Source: Leptospiraceae bacterium (lineage in GTDB: Bacteria > Spirochaetota > Leptospiria > Leptospirales > Leptospiraceae). Taken from it: a stretch of DNA of 21,190 nucleotides. The stretch is taken from contig JACKPB010000009.1 of assembly GCA_024233875.1 (NCBI GenBank), forward strand, positions 1-21,190, written 5' to 3'. Position numbers and translations under genes: made by a program. The notes beneath the pieces are model-generated. The model searched no databases. It saw nothing but the letters and a program-made list of their open reading frames with translations, and was not told the DNA's origin. Positions 1 through 9,286 of this stretch are shown one piece after another (positions within the stretch are counted from its first letter, which is position 1; every line of letters starts with the position of its first letter).

Positions 1-186
1 ATTTTTACAAACTATCTGAAAGAAGGGATGAAAAAGAAAGAAATTCACAAAATCAAACATCCTGAAGAACTTGCTACTTTTCTTTTCACACTTTATAATG
101 GAATCGGAGTTGTTTCCAAACTCGAAATCACTCCCGATCAATCCAATTTCATGATAGATAAGCTATTAAAAATATTTGAAAATTGA
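1..186 (+). CDS. 3' end of an upstream gene (partial). The C-terminal 61 aa resemble the ligand-binding C-terminal region of a TetR-family regulator.
   Basis: Frame-1 reading is open from position 1 to TGA at 184-186 (…LATFLFTLYNGIGVVSKLEITPDQSNFMIDKLLKIFEN*). The family assignment is only an impression from the helix-rich hydrophobic pattern. Confidence 0.3.
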   Translation: MFTNYLKEGMKKKEIHKIKHPEELATFLFTLYNGIGVVSKLEITPDQSNFMIDKLLKIFEN

Positions 187-243
187 TCTTATTATGGATT
201 GATTTTATCATTTTAAAACACCAGAACAAAATCAGGAGAATAT

Positions 244-972
244 ATGCAGGACAACAATCGAAAGGTAATCGTACTCACGGGGGCAAGCAAAGGAATTGGG
301 AAAGCTATAGCTGAAAAAGAAGGTCAACGTCACCATCTTTCACTCTTCTCCAGAAGTGAATCAGAAATGAAATCGATTCTTCAGTCCCAAGATCCGGCTC
401 TGAAATCAATCTACACAGTAGGGGACATCAAGAAAGAAGAAGACATCCGTCTCTGTGTGGAGAAAACTCTCCAAACCTTTGGAAGAATCGATGTTTTGAT
501 CAATAATGCAGGGATTGGAATCTTCAAGCGGGTCGATCAATTTACCTATGAAGAATTTGACGAGATCCAGAAAGTCAATGTCTACGGATCCTTTCTCTTT
601 ACCAAGTATTCACTTCCGAATATGATCGAAAACAAATCAGGTTACATCATCAACATTTCTTCTGTAGCGGGTTTGAATGGATTCAAAACCGGAACTGCGT
701 ATTCAGCCTCAAAGTTTGCCCTCAACGGATTCACCGAATCCTTACGTGAGGATGTCAAACAGTATGGGATCGGAGTTTGTAGCATTTGTCCCGGAGGGGT
801 CAAAACAGAATTCGGAGGAAAAGGTCTCGAAAAATTTCAGGGAAATGACTTTTTACTCGAACCGGAAGATGTAGCGAGAACCGTTTCCTATCTCATCGAT
901 GAATCAGAAACATCCAATACCAAACTCATAGAACTCAAGCCGAGAAGAAGAAAAGAATACCGGGGTAAGTGA
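244..972 (+). CDS. Short-chain dehydrogenase/reductase (SDR) family oxidoreductase.
   Basis: 242-aa ORF. N-terminal Rossmann motif TGASKGIGKAIA, an NNAGIG motif and a catalytic YSASK (YxxxK) motif. AGGA at 234-237 lies upstream of the ATG. Confidence 0.85.
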   Translation: MQDNNRKVIVLTGASKGIGKAIAEKEGQRHHLSLFSRSESEMKSILQSQDPALKSIYTVGDIKKEEDIRLCVEKTLQTFGRIDVLINNAGIGIFKRVDQFTYEEFDEIQKVNVYGSFLFTKYSLPNMIENKSGYIINISSVAGLNGFKTGTAYSASKFALNGFTESLREDVKQYGIGVCSICPGGVKTEFGGKGLEKFQGNDFLLEPEDVARTVSYLIDESETSNTKLIELKPRRRKEYRGK

Positions 973-982
973 TTCCTAATAC

Positions 983-2356
983 TCAGGGAGAAGATGAATT
1001 GGTCTTGGAAGCGATCAATTCAGCTTCTCTTATTCCTGAGAGATAGGCTCCATGGACATATGAAAAATACTTTTCATGTGTTGCCTCCCCTGCAAAATGA
1101 ATGTTTCCCAGCGGACGGGAGTATTCACGGATGTATGACTTCATATGATTTACAGCATAAGAATAGGAACCTAAAGCAAATTCATCCCTTCCCCATTGGG
1201 TAGAGAGAATCCTCCTGGGTTCCGGAATTTTCTTTTGGAATATGTTTTTTAGCTCCGAAAGAGCCAGACTTTTCATATCGGGATCCATTCCAAATCGATC
1301 TGATCTTTCGCCGGTACCCATAAATCCCAGAACGGGAACCTTAAGATACGAATGAAAATTAAAGATAAGATCATACATCGGATTGGGTTGGGTAAGATCA
1401 GCAAACACTTCCTCATCCGACCAAAACTTATCTTCAAATTCGAGAATGTATTTATTGAAAATACCCATAGGTATTGCATTGATACTTCTAACTTTTTCGG
1501 GAGGTAGGGATGGTGTGAATTGTATGGATTTTTTTTGTAATACACTCACCGGCACTGTTACAATGACAAAATCCCCCCTATGCAAACCTTTGCTTGTTTC
1601 CACTGATATTTCTGAATTTTGATTTCTAATGTGCAATACTTGTTCATCGAGAAGGACAGGAACATCTCTCAGCAATCCTTTTAAGATAGAATCATATCCT
1701 CCGTAGACCAACTCATCCTCACCTTCATAGTTTTCTGTAGTATGAAAAAAGGCATACGCAGAAGTTTCACTGAGGGTGGACGCATTTTCATTTTCCAGTC
1801 CCCTCTCTAAGAACTCAAAAACCTTCCTATCGAGAGGTGGAAGATTCAATCTACTGTATTCTTTTTCCAGATAAGATTTTAATGAAGTAACTGAAGGATT
1901 ATCTTCTGTGAAATATTCAATTTTTTTCAAAATAGATTCAAATTTTTTATGAGCTGAATATAGGTCTAATTTTGAAATCTTTTTAGATTCATAAACCAAC
2001 ATAATATTCTCAAAATCGGTTTCTTTGGTCTTTACAGAATATCTTTCCGCGAGTTCAATGAGAGGATTTCCCAGGGAACCATGAATCCAGGCCGCCCCCA
2101 AATCAATGGGGTACCCACCGGATCGATCTGTAAAAATCCGACCTCCTATCCGATTTCTTGCTTCCAAAACGAGAACCTCATGACCCATTTCCTTCAGGTG
2201 AGAGGCAGCTCCCGCACCAGCCATTCCGGCACCGATGATGATTACCTTTCGTGGATTCTTAGTTGGAATGACTTCTTTTCTTGGAAAAACCGATCTACAG
2301 GAGATCGATAGAAGAGTGAGAGCGCTGAGTTTTAAAAAAGTTCTACGATTCATCAA
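983..2356 (-). CDS. Flavin-containing amine oxidase (monoamine/polyamine oxidase-like), probably Tat-exported.
   Basis: 457-aa ORF. The N-terminus MMNRRTFLKLSALTLLS matches the twin-arginine consensus (RRxFLK). A dinucleotide-binding motif IIIGAGMAGAGAASHL follows, then LEARNRIGGR, typical of FAD amine oxidases. It is convergent with the SDR gene, leaving only a 10-bp gap. Confidence 0.8.
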   Translation of the reverse strand: MMNRRTFLKLSALTLLSISCRSVFPRKEVIPTKNPRKVIIIGAGMAGAGAASHLKEMGHEVLVLEARNRIGGRIFTDRSGGYPIDLGAAWIHGSLGNPLIELAERYSVKTKETDFENIMLVYESKKISKLDLYSAHKKFESILKKIEYFTEDNPSVTSLKSYLEKEYSRLNLPPLDRKVFEFLERGLENENASTLSETSAYAFFHTTENYEGEDELVYGGYDSILKGLLRDVPVLLDEQVLHIRNQNSEISVETSKGLHRGDFVIVTVPVSVLQKKSIQFTPSLPPEKVRSINAIPMGIFNKYILEFEDKFWSDEEVFADLTQPNPMYDLIFNFHSYLKVPVLGFMGTGERSDRFGMDPDMKSLALSELKNIFQKKIPEPRRILSTQWGRDEFALGSYSYAVNHMKSYIREYSRPLGNIHFAGEATHEKYFSYVHGAYLSGIREAELIASKTNSSSP

Positions 2357-2920
2357 CCGGAAATTGTTTTTCTATTTCAAAGATTGTCCAACACAAAATA
2401 TAGTTCATCCTTCATAAATCCTTGCGATTTCCTTCAAAAGGTATCTAGCCATTTCATTGTTGATTGTATGAAGTATACGCAAATCTTTTGAAAATGCCTA
2501 AAGTTTAGCCCTCAGAATAGAGATCCCTACAGGTACCCGAATCGGTGAGTATTTCAAAAAGTCTTTTCATTGGAAATGAATACCTCATTCTTGGATGACT
2601 AAGTACATATACATACGCAATTGAATCAGGTGAATAGCTTGTCCCCTCATTACCTATAGGGGTTTTCTAAAAAATGAGATGCTTAGGTAGGAGCAAATGC
2701 TAGTTCATCAAATGAAAATATCCCCCTCAGACAAAGATCCGAAGAAGAAACAAATCTATGCTTAGAATTTTAGTCACAACACCTAAAGAGTTTAAATATG
2801 TCAAATTATATAGATAAACCAAACCTTATTTTAGAATGATTCAATCTGTAAAAGTTAATTATTTAACTCACCCTAAGCAATTATTTTTCTTTTAAACATT
2901 TTACTTTTTTTAATAGATCT

Positions 2921-2985
2921 ATAAAAATAGGGGTTTGGGGTGCATCCCACCTCTAAAAAGCCCTGCTAAGGGGTTTTTAGAGGTT
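2921..2985 (+). other. Structured intergenic element, copy 1. An A-rich box ATAAAAATAGGGGTTTGGGG is followed by nested hairpins CCTCTAAAAAG-CCCT-GCTA-AGGG-G-TTTTTAGAGG.
   Basis: Inverted repeats read directly from the sequence. The same organisation recurs at 6173-6258. Confidence 0.35.
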
Positions 2986-3065
2986 CCCTATCAAAAAACT
3001 AAAATGATTAACTTTTTGATTTGACCTTTTCATTTTTGAATGAAAATTGGAAAACGAATTCATGG

Positions 3066-3099
3066 AAGCTTCTTACATCAATTTAATAAGAAGCTTTTG
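3066..3099 (+). terminator. Perfect 10-bp inverted repeat AAGCTTCTTA…TAAGAAGCTT with an 11-nt loop, followed by TTTTG. Either an intrinsic-terminator-like hairpin or an operator. It lies about 115 bp upstream of the lipoprotein gene.
   Basis: Read directly from the sequence. Confidence 0.35.
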
Positions 3100-3214
3100 T
3101 ATCAAATGGTGTTCAGAAACCTTACGGTTCCTTAATTAAGTGTTTAGCCACTGAATACTAGATTCATCTGAAAAGGTGCAAACCTTTTCAAAATGAGTAG
3201 GGAAAACAGATTGA

Positions 3215-3715
3215 ATGAAATCTATGGAAAATTTGCTTAATAATTCAACAAAACTTATTTTAATGATTGTACTGATCTCTAGTATCTATGATTGCAGTTC
3301 GAGTTCGGGAGAAAATAATTCAGCCGGGGATCTATTGTTTCTAGTCCAGAGGGAACAAACCGTAACCGCCACCAATAAAGAAAAGCAATCCAGCACGACT
3401 CCAAATGCTACTCCTGCATCCAATTACTTTACCCTTGCGATCTCCAACCAAACCACAAGCTCCGAAGCATGGATCATGTATTCTGACTCTACTTGCACTA
3501 CCCGGATTTATTCTTTCGGAACAGTAGCCTCTTCGAGCATTACTGCCTATATCAAATTTTACAATAGTTCGACTTACTATTTTAAGATTGGAGATTTCTG
3601 TCAGAAGAATAGCTATACCTTCAATATTGGAAGCAATTACCAGTGTTTGAGTGAGACTTCCTCCTGGGGTTGCTCTACTGTAGCAGCTAGTTCTACATCT
3701 ATTCAGGAACAATAA
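3215..3715 (+). CDS. Hypothetical secreted protein or lipoprotein, Ser/Thr-rich.
   Basis: 166-aa ORF. N-terminal signal peptide MKSMENLLNNSTKLILMIVLISSIYDCSSSSG with a Cys after the hydrophobic core, consistent with a loose spirochaete lipobox. AGGGAAAACAGATTGA lies upstream. Confidence 0.5.
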   Translation: MKSMENLLNNSTKLILMIVLISSIYDCSSSSGENNSAGDLLFLVQREQTVTATNKEKQSSTTPNATPASNYFTLAISNQTTSSEAWIMYSDSTCTTRIYSFGTVASSSITAYIKFYNSSTYYFKIGDFCQKNSYTFNIGSNYQCLSETSSWGCSTVAASSTSIQEQ

Positions 3716-3756
3716 ATATGAAATCCCCTGTGGATTTATAAAAGGAACCTATCGAA

Positions 3757-5979
3757 ATGAAACGATTACTTCTCATTACTCTAATAATTTACTTTTTATC
3801 CAATTGCAACCCGGCAGGGGAAACAGCTGACGATACCAAAACAAATTTACTTTTCTTCTTAAATAAAGTCAGCCGAGCGACAGTATCGGGCAAGGCGATG
3901 AAGGGAAGGATCAGCAATGGAAAGGTGAACGTCTATGCGACCTCAACCACAGGAACCTGTGACACAACTACCTCTCTCGGTACAACTACTACAGACCTCG
4001 AAGGCAATTATGAAGTGAATTTCACAAAGACAGGCTATCCGGTTTGTGTGATCGTAACACCCGGTACTGATTCCAAGATGTATGATGAGGCACAGAAGAA
4101 AGACCTCAATTGGACGGGGTCTGCATCGATGACCATCATCATCAACGAACCGAAGACAGCAAGGAAAGGTGTCAACGGGACTCCATTTGCCAGGTTTGCC
4201 GCCGCAAGATTCCAGGAGATAGCAAAATCGAATTCAGGGCGTTCTGCGATTGCGGATCAGGTGACCTATGCCAACAAGACAACAGTTGTCCAATTTGGAT
4301 TGAATCGTTCCTTCATTAGAAGACCCGAAGTGATGTTTGACAAGATCACCAAGATTGATATGGATACGATTCCTGATGTACTCTCAGAGGAAATTGATTT
4401 GGATGATAAGACCAACAATACATCCACATACATGACGGCATTTCTGGGGGGTATCTCAACAAAGGCAAAGGATTACAAGGGGAATGCTGAAGGTTCCGCA
4501 GATTACATTGAATCCTTTTTGGATGCTCTTTCAAAAGATCTGGCGGATGGGAAGGCGGATGGAAAGGATGCAACCGGAACAACAGTAACAGTCTCCGTAG
4601 ACGGAACACCTACAGCAGTTCCGACCATTACAGAAATCAAAGCCGCTGTGCTAACCTATGCCGCATCCAATCCAGGATTGGGGATCACAACAACAGAGAT
4701 TCAGAACACAACAGTTGTAGACGCACCCGTATTTGTACAGTCCACCCCTGTTAGTGTTGGGACTACAACCACAGCTTCAGGAACATTCACAATCGGAGGG
4801 ACCATTTCCGGCCTCACTGCTTCCGGTCTGGTTCTCCAGAACAATGCGGGTGACAATCTAACTGTGGCAAGCGGGGCTACGAGCTTTACTTTTGCGACCG
4901 CTCTAGCAAGTGGTGCGGCTTACTCTGTAACTGTATTGGCTCAGCCTTCCGGACAGACCTGTACCGTATCAGCTGGTTCAGGAACAACTTCAGCGAATGT
5001 AACAAATGTAAGTGTGAGTTGTACTTCCATGAATATAACAGGAGCTGTTACTACTATTGCGGGAACGGTAGGAGTATCAGGTTCTACCGATGGCACAGGA
5101 ACCGGTGCCACATTTAACGGACCTCGTGGTATTGCAACAGATGGGACAAATTTATATATAGCTGACTATGGAGCTGCTATTATAAGAAAGGTGGTTATAT
5201 CTACGGGTGTGGTTACTAAGATTGCGGGAACAGCGGGGTCTACAGGTACAACAGATGGAGCGGGAGCTTCAGCTCTTTTTTGGGGACCGATTAGTCTTGC
5301 TTTTGCGGGATCAAATTTATATATCGCCGAACTAGAGAATGCTAGAATTCGAAAATTGGATACAACTACGAATACAGTATCAACTATAACTACAGCTATA
5401 CTCAAACCGTATGGAATCACTACAGATGGAACTAATCTTTATGTAGCCAGTTATAACACTGAGAATAAAATATATAAGATTCCAATATCTACAGGTGTAC
5501 CGGCTGTACTCGCAGGAAATGGTACTTTAGCATCCACAGATAATGCGACAGGAACATCTGCATCATTTAATGGTCCGGTGGGAATGGCAACTGATGGAAC
5601 GAATGTATACGTATCAGAAGCTGGCTCTGCAATACGAAAAGTCAGTATATCATCTGGCGCTGTAAGTACTATAGCAGGTTTGAACAGCTCTACCGGAACA
5701 ACAGATGCTACAGGAACAAGCGCTAGATTCAATCAACCTATCGGTATGTATTGTTATGGAAACTACCTTTATGTAGCTGATTATGCGAATCATTCTATTC
5801 GGAAAATAGATACCTCTTCATTGGTAGTGACTACAATAGCCGGGTCAAGTGGAACAACCGGAAGTTCCGATGGTACAGGTACTTCGGCAAGATTCAATTA
5901 TCCTTTCGGAATCACGTCTGATGGGACATACCTATATGTAGCGGATTATGTAAATCAAACTATCCGAAGAATACAATAG
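3757..5979 (+). CDS. NHL-repeat (six-bladed beta-propeller) lipoprotein with a Thr/Gly-rich low-complexity linker. Putative surface protein.
   Basis: 740-aa ORF. Signal peptide plus lipobox (MKRLLLITLIIYFLSNC). The C-terminal half carries at least six repeats of the form G.TDGTG..A.FN.P.GI..DGTNLY[IV]ADY.N..IRKI, characteristic of NHL repeats. Confidence 0.8.
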   Translation: MKRLLLITLIIYFLSNCNPAGETADDTKTNLLFFLNKVSRATVSGKAMKGRISNGKVNVYATSTTGTCDTTTSLGTTTTDLEGNYEVNFTKTGYPVCVIVTPGTDSKMYDEAQKKDLNWTGSASMTIIINEPKTARKGVNGTPFARFAAARFQEIAKSNSGRSAIADQVTYANKTTVVQFGLNRSFIRRPEVMFDKITKIDMDTIPDVLSEEIDLDDKTNNTSTYMTAFLGGISTKAKDYKGNAEGSADYIESFLDALSKDLADGKADGKDATGTTVTVSVDGTPTAVPTITEIKAAVLTYAASNPGLGITTTEIQNTTVVDAPVFVQSTPVSVGTTTTASGTFTIGGTISGLTASGLVLQNNAGDNLTVASGATSFTFATALASGAAYSVTVLAQPSGQTCTVSAGSGTTSANVTNVSVSCTSMNITGAVTTIAGTVGVSGSTDGTGTGATFNGPRGIATDGTNLYIADYGAAIIRKVVISTGVVTKIAGTAGSTGTTDGAGASALFWGPISLAFAGSNLYIAELENARIRKLDTTTNTVSTITTAILKPYGITTDGTNLYVASYNTENKIYKIPISTGVPAVLAGNGTLASTDNATGTSASFNGPVGMATDGTNVYVSEAGSAIRKVSISSGAVSTIAGLNSSTGTTDATGTSARFNQPIGMYCYGNYLYVADYANHSIRKIDTSSLVVTTIAGSSGTTGSSDGTGTSARFNYPFGITSDGTYLYVADYVNQTIRRIQ

Positions 5980-6172
5980 GAATTCATTCAATTGGAATTT
6001 GATTCTATAGAAAGTAAATAGAAATGTCTACATTTCTGAAAATGATCAATATGTTATGTAAGGACTGCCCCGCTGCGGATACAATTTGAATTTATTTAAC
6101 TCATCTAACGCAGTATTTTATTTTTTAAATTTTTTTTGTTTAAAATCAAAATCATTTTTTGCTAATAAATCA

Positions 6173-6258
6173 ATAAAAATATGGGTTTGGGCGATAGCCC
6201 AAGCTGCCGGCAGGCTCCCTGCAACCTCACATTTCGCTTCTTTGCGTAATGTGAGTTA
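6173..6258 (+). other. Structured intergenic element, copy 2. An A-rich box CAATAAAAATATGGGTTTGGGC and a hairpin TTGGGC-GATA-GCCCAA, followed by hairpin CTCACATT-(CGC TTCTTT GCG)-T-AATGTGAG.
   Basis: Read directly from the sequence. It parallels the element at 2921-2985 and lies immediately upstream of the repeat array. Confidence 0.35.
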
Positions 6259-7109
6259 TTTAAATAGATCGGTGCTGGTGTCTGACAGTGGGGCAGGACA
6301 AGATTCATTCCGGAAAACATTTTTTCGAAAGGATAATTTTTCCGCATTGTCGTAAACCCAAAATCACCACCAAGGGAAACATCCTTAGTAATTTATTGAG
6401 TTCACATCCATTTTCGAGTGAAAGGATGGAAATTTGCCCTTCGGCTACGCTCAGGGATCGAAAAAGTTTCTCAGCAATACAAATAAAACCTTCTTCAAAA
6501 CCGGGATCTCGATACAATTTTTACAATAACTGTAATACGAATACAAAAGGAGATCCCGACAGATTTTTTCAAAAGGGAAAAAATCACTCGATCACCGAAT
6601 CCTTCGAAAAAAAGAAGAAGCTTCCATCCAAAGTATCCCCCAACCAAAAACCAGCCTTTCAATGATGCCTTTCTCAGAGAATCCAAGGTTGTGCAGCCCA
6701 AACATCTCGGAACAAAAATTTAGAGATGTCGGATCTGTTTCCGACTCTCGTTTTTTGTATCGCCTGCCCGGCTCGAGGGCACAGAAGAATTCTCATTATC
6801 AAGAATATCTTAATACATTAGAGAAAGCTTACGAGCACTTTTGGATAAGCAGCAACCTTGAGATGAAAGAGAAGGTTTAGCATCATTGAAAGTTGAACCT
6901 AAGAAGACCCCGCGTCAGCGGACATCCTTCGAAAAAAAGAAGAAGCTTCCAACCTAAGTATCCCCCAATAAAAAACCAGCCTTTCCATCCTGATTCTACA
7001 GAAATACAGGTTCCACAGCTGAAACTTCTCGGAGCAAAAATTTAGAGATGTCGGGTCTTTTTCCGACTCTCGTTTTTTGCCCGAAAGTTTCAAGCGAAAG
7101 GAACCTTGT

Positions 7110-7292
7110 ATGACGATAGAGCATCAGGAGGGAAAGTTGAAGACAAGAAGACCCCGCGTCAGCGGACATCCTTCGAAAAAAAGAAGAAGCTTCCATCCAA
7201 AGTATCCCCCAACCAAAAACCAGCCTTTCAATGATGCCTTTCTCAGAGAATCCAAGGTTGTGCAGCCCAAACATCTCGGAACAAAAATTTAG
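7110..7292 (+). CDS. Candidate minigene in a 243-bp unit. It would encode a 60-aa highly basic peptide (MTIEHQEGKLKTRRPRVSGHPSKKRRSFHPKYPP…LGTKI).
   Basis: AAGGA sits 7 nt upstream of the ATG (gcgAAAGGAaccttgtATG). The TAG stop at 7290-7292 is immediately followed by the hairpin and T-run. Paralogs recur elsewhere in the array. Translation is unproven. Confidence 0.3.
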   Translation: MTIEHQEGKLKTRRPRVSGHPSKKRRSFHPKYPPTKNQPFNDAFLRESKVVQPKHLGTKI

Positions 7293-9184
7293 AGATGTCG
7301 GATCTGTTTCCGACTCTCGTTTTTTGTATCGCCTGCCCGGCTCGAGGGCACAGAAGAATTCTCATTATCAAGAATATCTTAATACATTAGAGAAAGCTTA
7401 CGAGCACTTTTGGATAAGCAGCAACCTTGAGATGAAAGAGAAGGTTTAGCATCATTGAAAGTTGAAGACAAGAAGACCCCGCGTCAGCGGACATCCTTCG
7501 AAAAAAAGAAGAAGCTTCCATCCAAAGTATCCCCCAACCAAAAACCAGCCTTTCAATGATGCCTTTCTCAGAGAATCCAAGGTTGTGCAGCCCAAACATC
7601 TCGGAACAAAAATTTAGAGATGTCGGATCTGTTTCCGACTCTCGTTTTTTGTATCGCCTGCCCGGCTCGAGGGCACAGAAGAATTCTCATTATCAAGAAT
7701 ATCTTAATACATTAGAGAAAGCTTACGAGCACTTTTGGATAAGCAGCAACCTTGAGATGAAAGAGAAGGTTTAGCATCATTGAAAGTTGAAGACAAGAAG
7801 ACCCCGCGTCAGCGGACATCCTTCGAAAAAAAGAAGAAGCTTCCAACCTAAGTATCCCCCAACCAAAAACCAGCCTTTCAATGATGCCTTTCTCAGAGAA
7901 TCCAAGGTTGTGCAGCCCAAACATCTCAGAACAAAAATTTAGAGATAGCCTGCCCGGCTCGAGGGCAATGAAGAATTTTCCTTTATAATAAGATTTAAAC
8001 TCAATTGCCGAAGAAGCCACCCGTAATACAAATAAAACCGTCTCCAAAACCGGGATCTCGATACAATTTTTACAATAACTGTAATACAAACCTAAAACGG
8101 GATGAAGGTAGATCTTGTCAAAAAGGGAAAAAATCACTCGATCACCGAATCCTTCGAATTGAAGAAGAGGCTTCCAACTAAAGAATCCCCCAATAAAAAA
8201 CCAGCCTTTCAATGATGCCTTTCTCAGAGAATCCAAGGTTGTGCAGCCCAAACATCTCAGAACAAAAATTTAGAGATGTCGGATCTGTTTCCGACTCTCG
8301 TTTTTTGTGGAGAGATTTTGGATAAGCAGCAACCTTGAGATGAAAGAGAAGGTTTAGCATCATTGAAAGTTGAACCTAAGAAGACTCCGCGTCAGCGGAC
8401 ATACTTCGATCAGAAGAAGAGGCTCCATGCAATGGAAAGTTGAAGACAAGAAGACCCCGCGTCAGCGGACATCCTTCGAAAAGAAGAAGAGGCTTCCAAC
8501 CTAAGTATCCCCCAATAAAAAACCAGCCTTTCAATGATGCCTTTCTCAGAGAATCCAAGGTTGTGCAGCCCAAACATCTCGGAACAAAAATTTAGAGATG
8601 TCGGATCTGTTTCCGACTCTCGTTTTTTGTATCGCCTGCCCGGCTCGAGGGCACAGAAGAATTCTCATTATCAAGAATATCTTAATACATTAGAGAAAGC
8701 TTACGAGCACTTTTGGATAAGCAGCAACCTTGAGATGAAAGAGAAGGTTTAGCATCATTGAAAGTTGAAGACAAGAAGACCCCGCGTCAGCGGACATCCT
8801 TCGAAAAAAAGAAGAAGCTTCCAACCTAAGTATCCCCCAATAAAAAACCAGCCTTTCCATCCTGATTCTTAGGAAATACAGGTTCCGAAGCCGAAATCTT
8901 ATGGATCAAAAATTTAGAGATAGCCTGCCCGGCTAGAGGGCACAGGAATATTTTTTACGACAGAAATTTTTAAAACAACTATCAAATTACATACCGACTA
9001 CTTTGAATCTGTTCTCCGACTCTCGTTTTTTGCCCGAAAGTTTCGAGCGAAAGGAACCTTGAATAACGAGAGAGCATCAGGATGGAAAGTTGAACCGAAG
9101 AAGACCCCGCGTCAGCGGTAAAAACAAAAGTCCTTCGATCAGAATAAAATGCTCCCATGCAATGGTGAGCCGAACCCCAACCCT

Positions 9185-9224
9185 AAAAAAAAAAGCCCGC
9201 TATTTTACGATAGCGAGCTTTTTG
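9185..9224. terminator. Bidirectional terminator-like hairpin AAAAAAAAAA-GCCCGCTAT-TTTAC-GATAGCGAGC-TTTTTG, just outside the IS66 end.
   Basis: A 6-7 bp stem flanked by an A-run on one side and a T-run on the other, read directly from the sequence. Confidence 0.4.
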
Positions 9225-9286
9225 TAGTATTGCAAAATATCCCGGCAGTACTTCGACTATCGCTCAGTATAAACGTAAGCGCAAAT

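Larger units (their letters stand above)
6410..9230. repeat. Mosaic tandem-repeat array, part A. About 8 units of 243 bp or 325 bp built from 3-4 shared modules, each carrying a terminator-like hairpin GTCGGATCTGTTTCCGAC + TCTCGTTTTTTG and a palindrome CCGCGTCAGCGG.
   Basis: The phrase GAAAGTTGAA recurs at about 6887, 7133, 7458, 7783, 8366, 8437, 8760 and 9088. A 219-nt stretch is byte-identical at 6662, 7231, 7556 and 8534, and again at 11774. Confidence 0.9.

Noticed and set aside
994-2417. Small plus- and minus-strand ORFs overlapping the amine oxidase gene (994-1203, 1273-1545, 1383-1622, 2081-2311, 2235-2417)
   Set aside because: They are embedded in or overlap a 457-aa ORF with strong family motifs. 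They have no start context or motifs of their own.
2357-3214. tRNA, rRNA or other housekeeping RNA genes in the long intergenic regions
   Set aside because: No cloverleaf-compatible segment with GTTCGAATCC/TΨC-like motifs or rRNA-like conserved stretches was recognised. TRL-family proteins are named for tRNA-linked loci in other phyla, but no tRNA is evident here.
3341-5732. Antisense ORFs inside the lipoprotein and NHL genes (3341-3712, 4346-4609, 5166-5420, 5451-5732)
   Set aside because: They are fully embedded in much longer ORFs whose products have clear signal peptides and repeat-domain architecture. They are typical shadow ORFs in GC-richer, repetitive coding DNA.
6086-6355. The 89-aa ORF at 6086-6355 and the 61-aa ORF at 9149-9334
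   Set aside because: They lie in AT-rich intergenic or structured-element sequence and have no Shine-Dalgarno sequence. Their low-complexity composition is driven by poly-T/A runs. 9149-9334 also crosses the IS66 terminus.
6662-8752. The five identical 72-aa ORFs (MMPFSENPRL…EMKEKV), the 179-aa minus-strand ORF 7712-8251 and other ORFs spanning repeat units, as independent protein genes
   Set aside because: They are copies of the same repeated DNA and have no Shine-Dalgarno sequence. They read through the terminator-like hairpin. The long minus ORF exists only because the repeat lacks stops in that frame. They were kept only as part of the array hypothesis, not as separate CDS calls.
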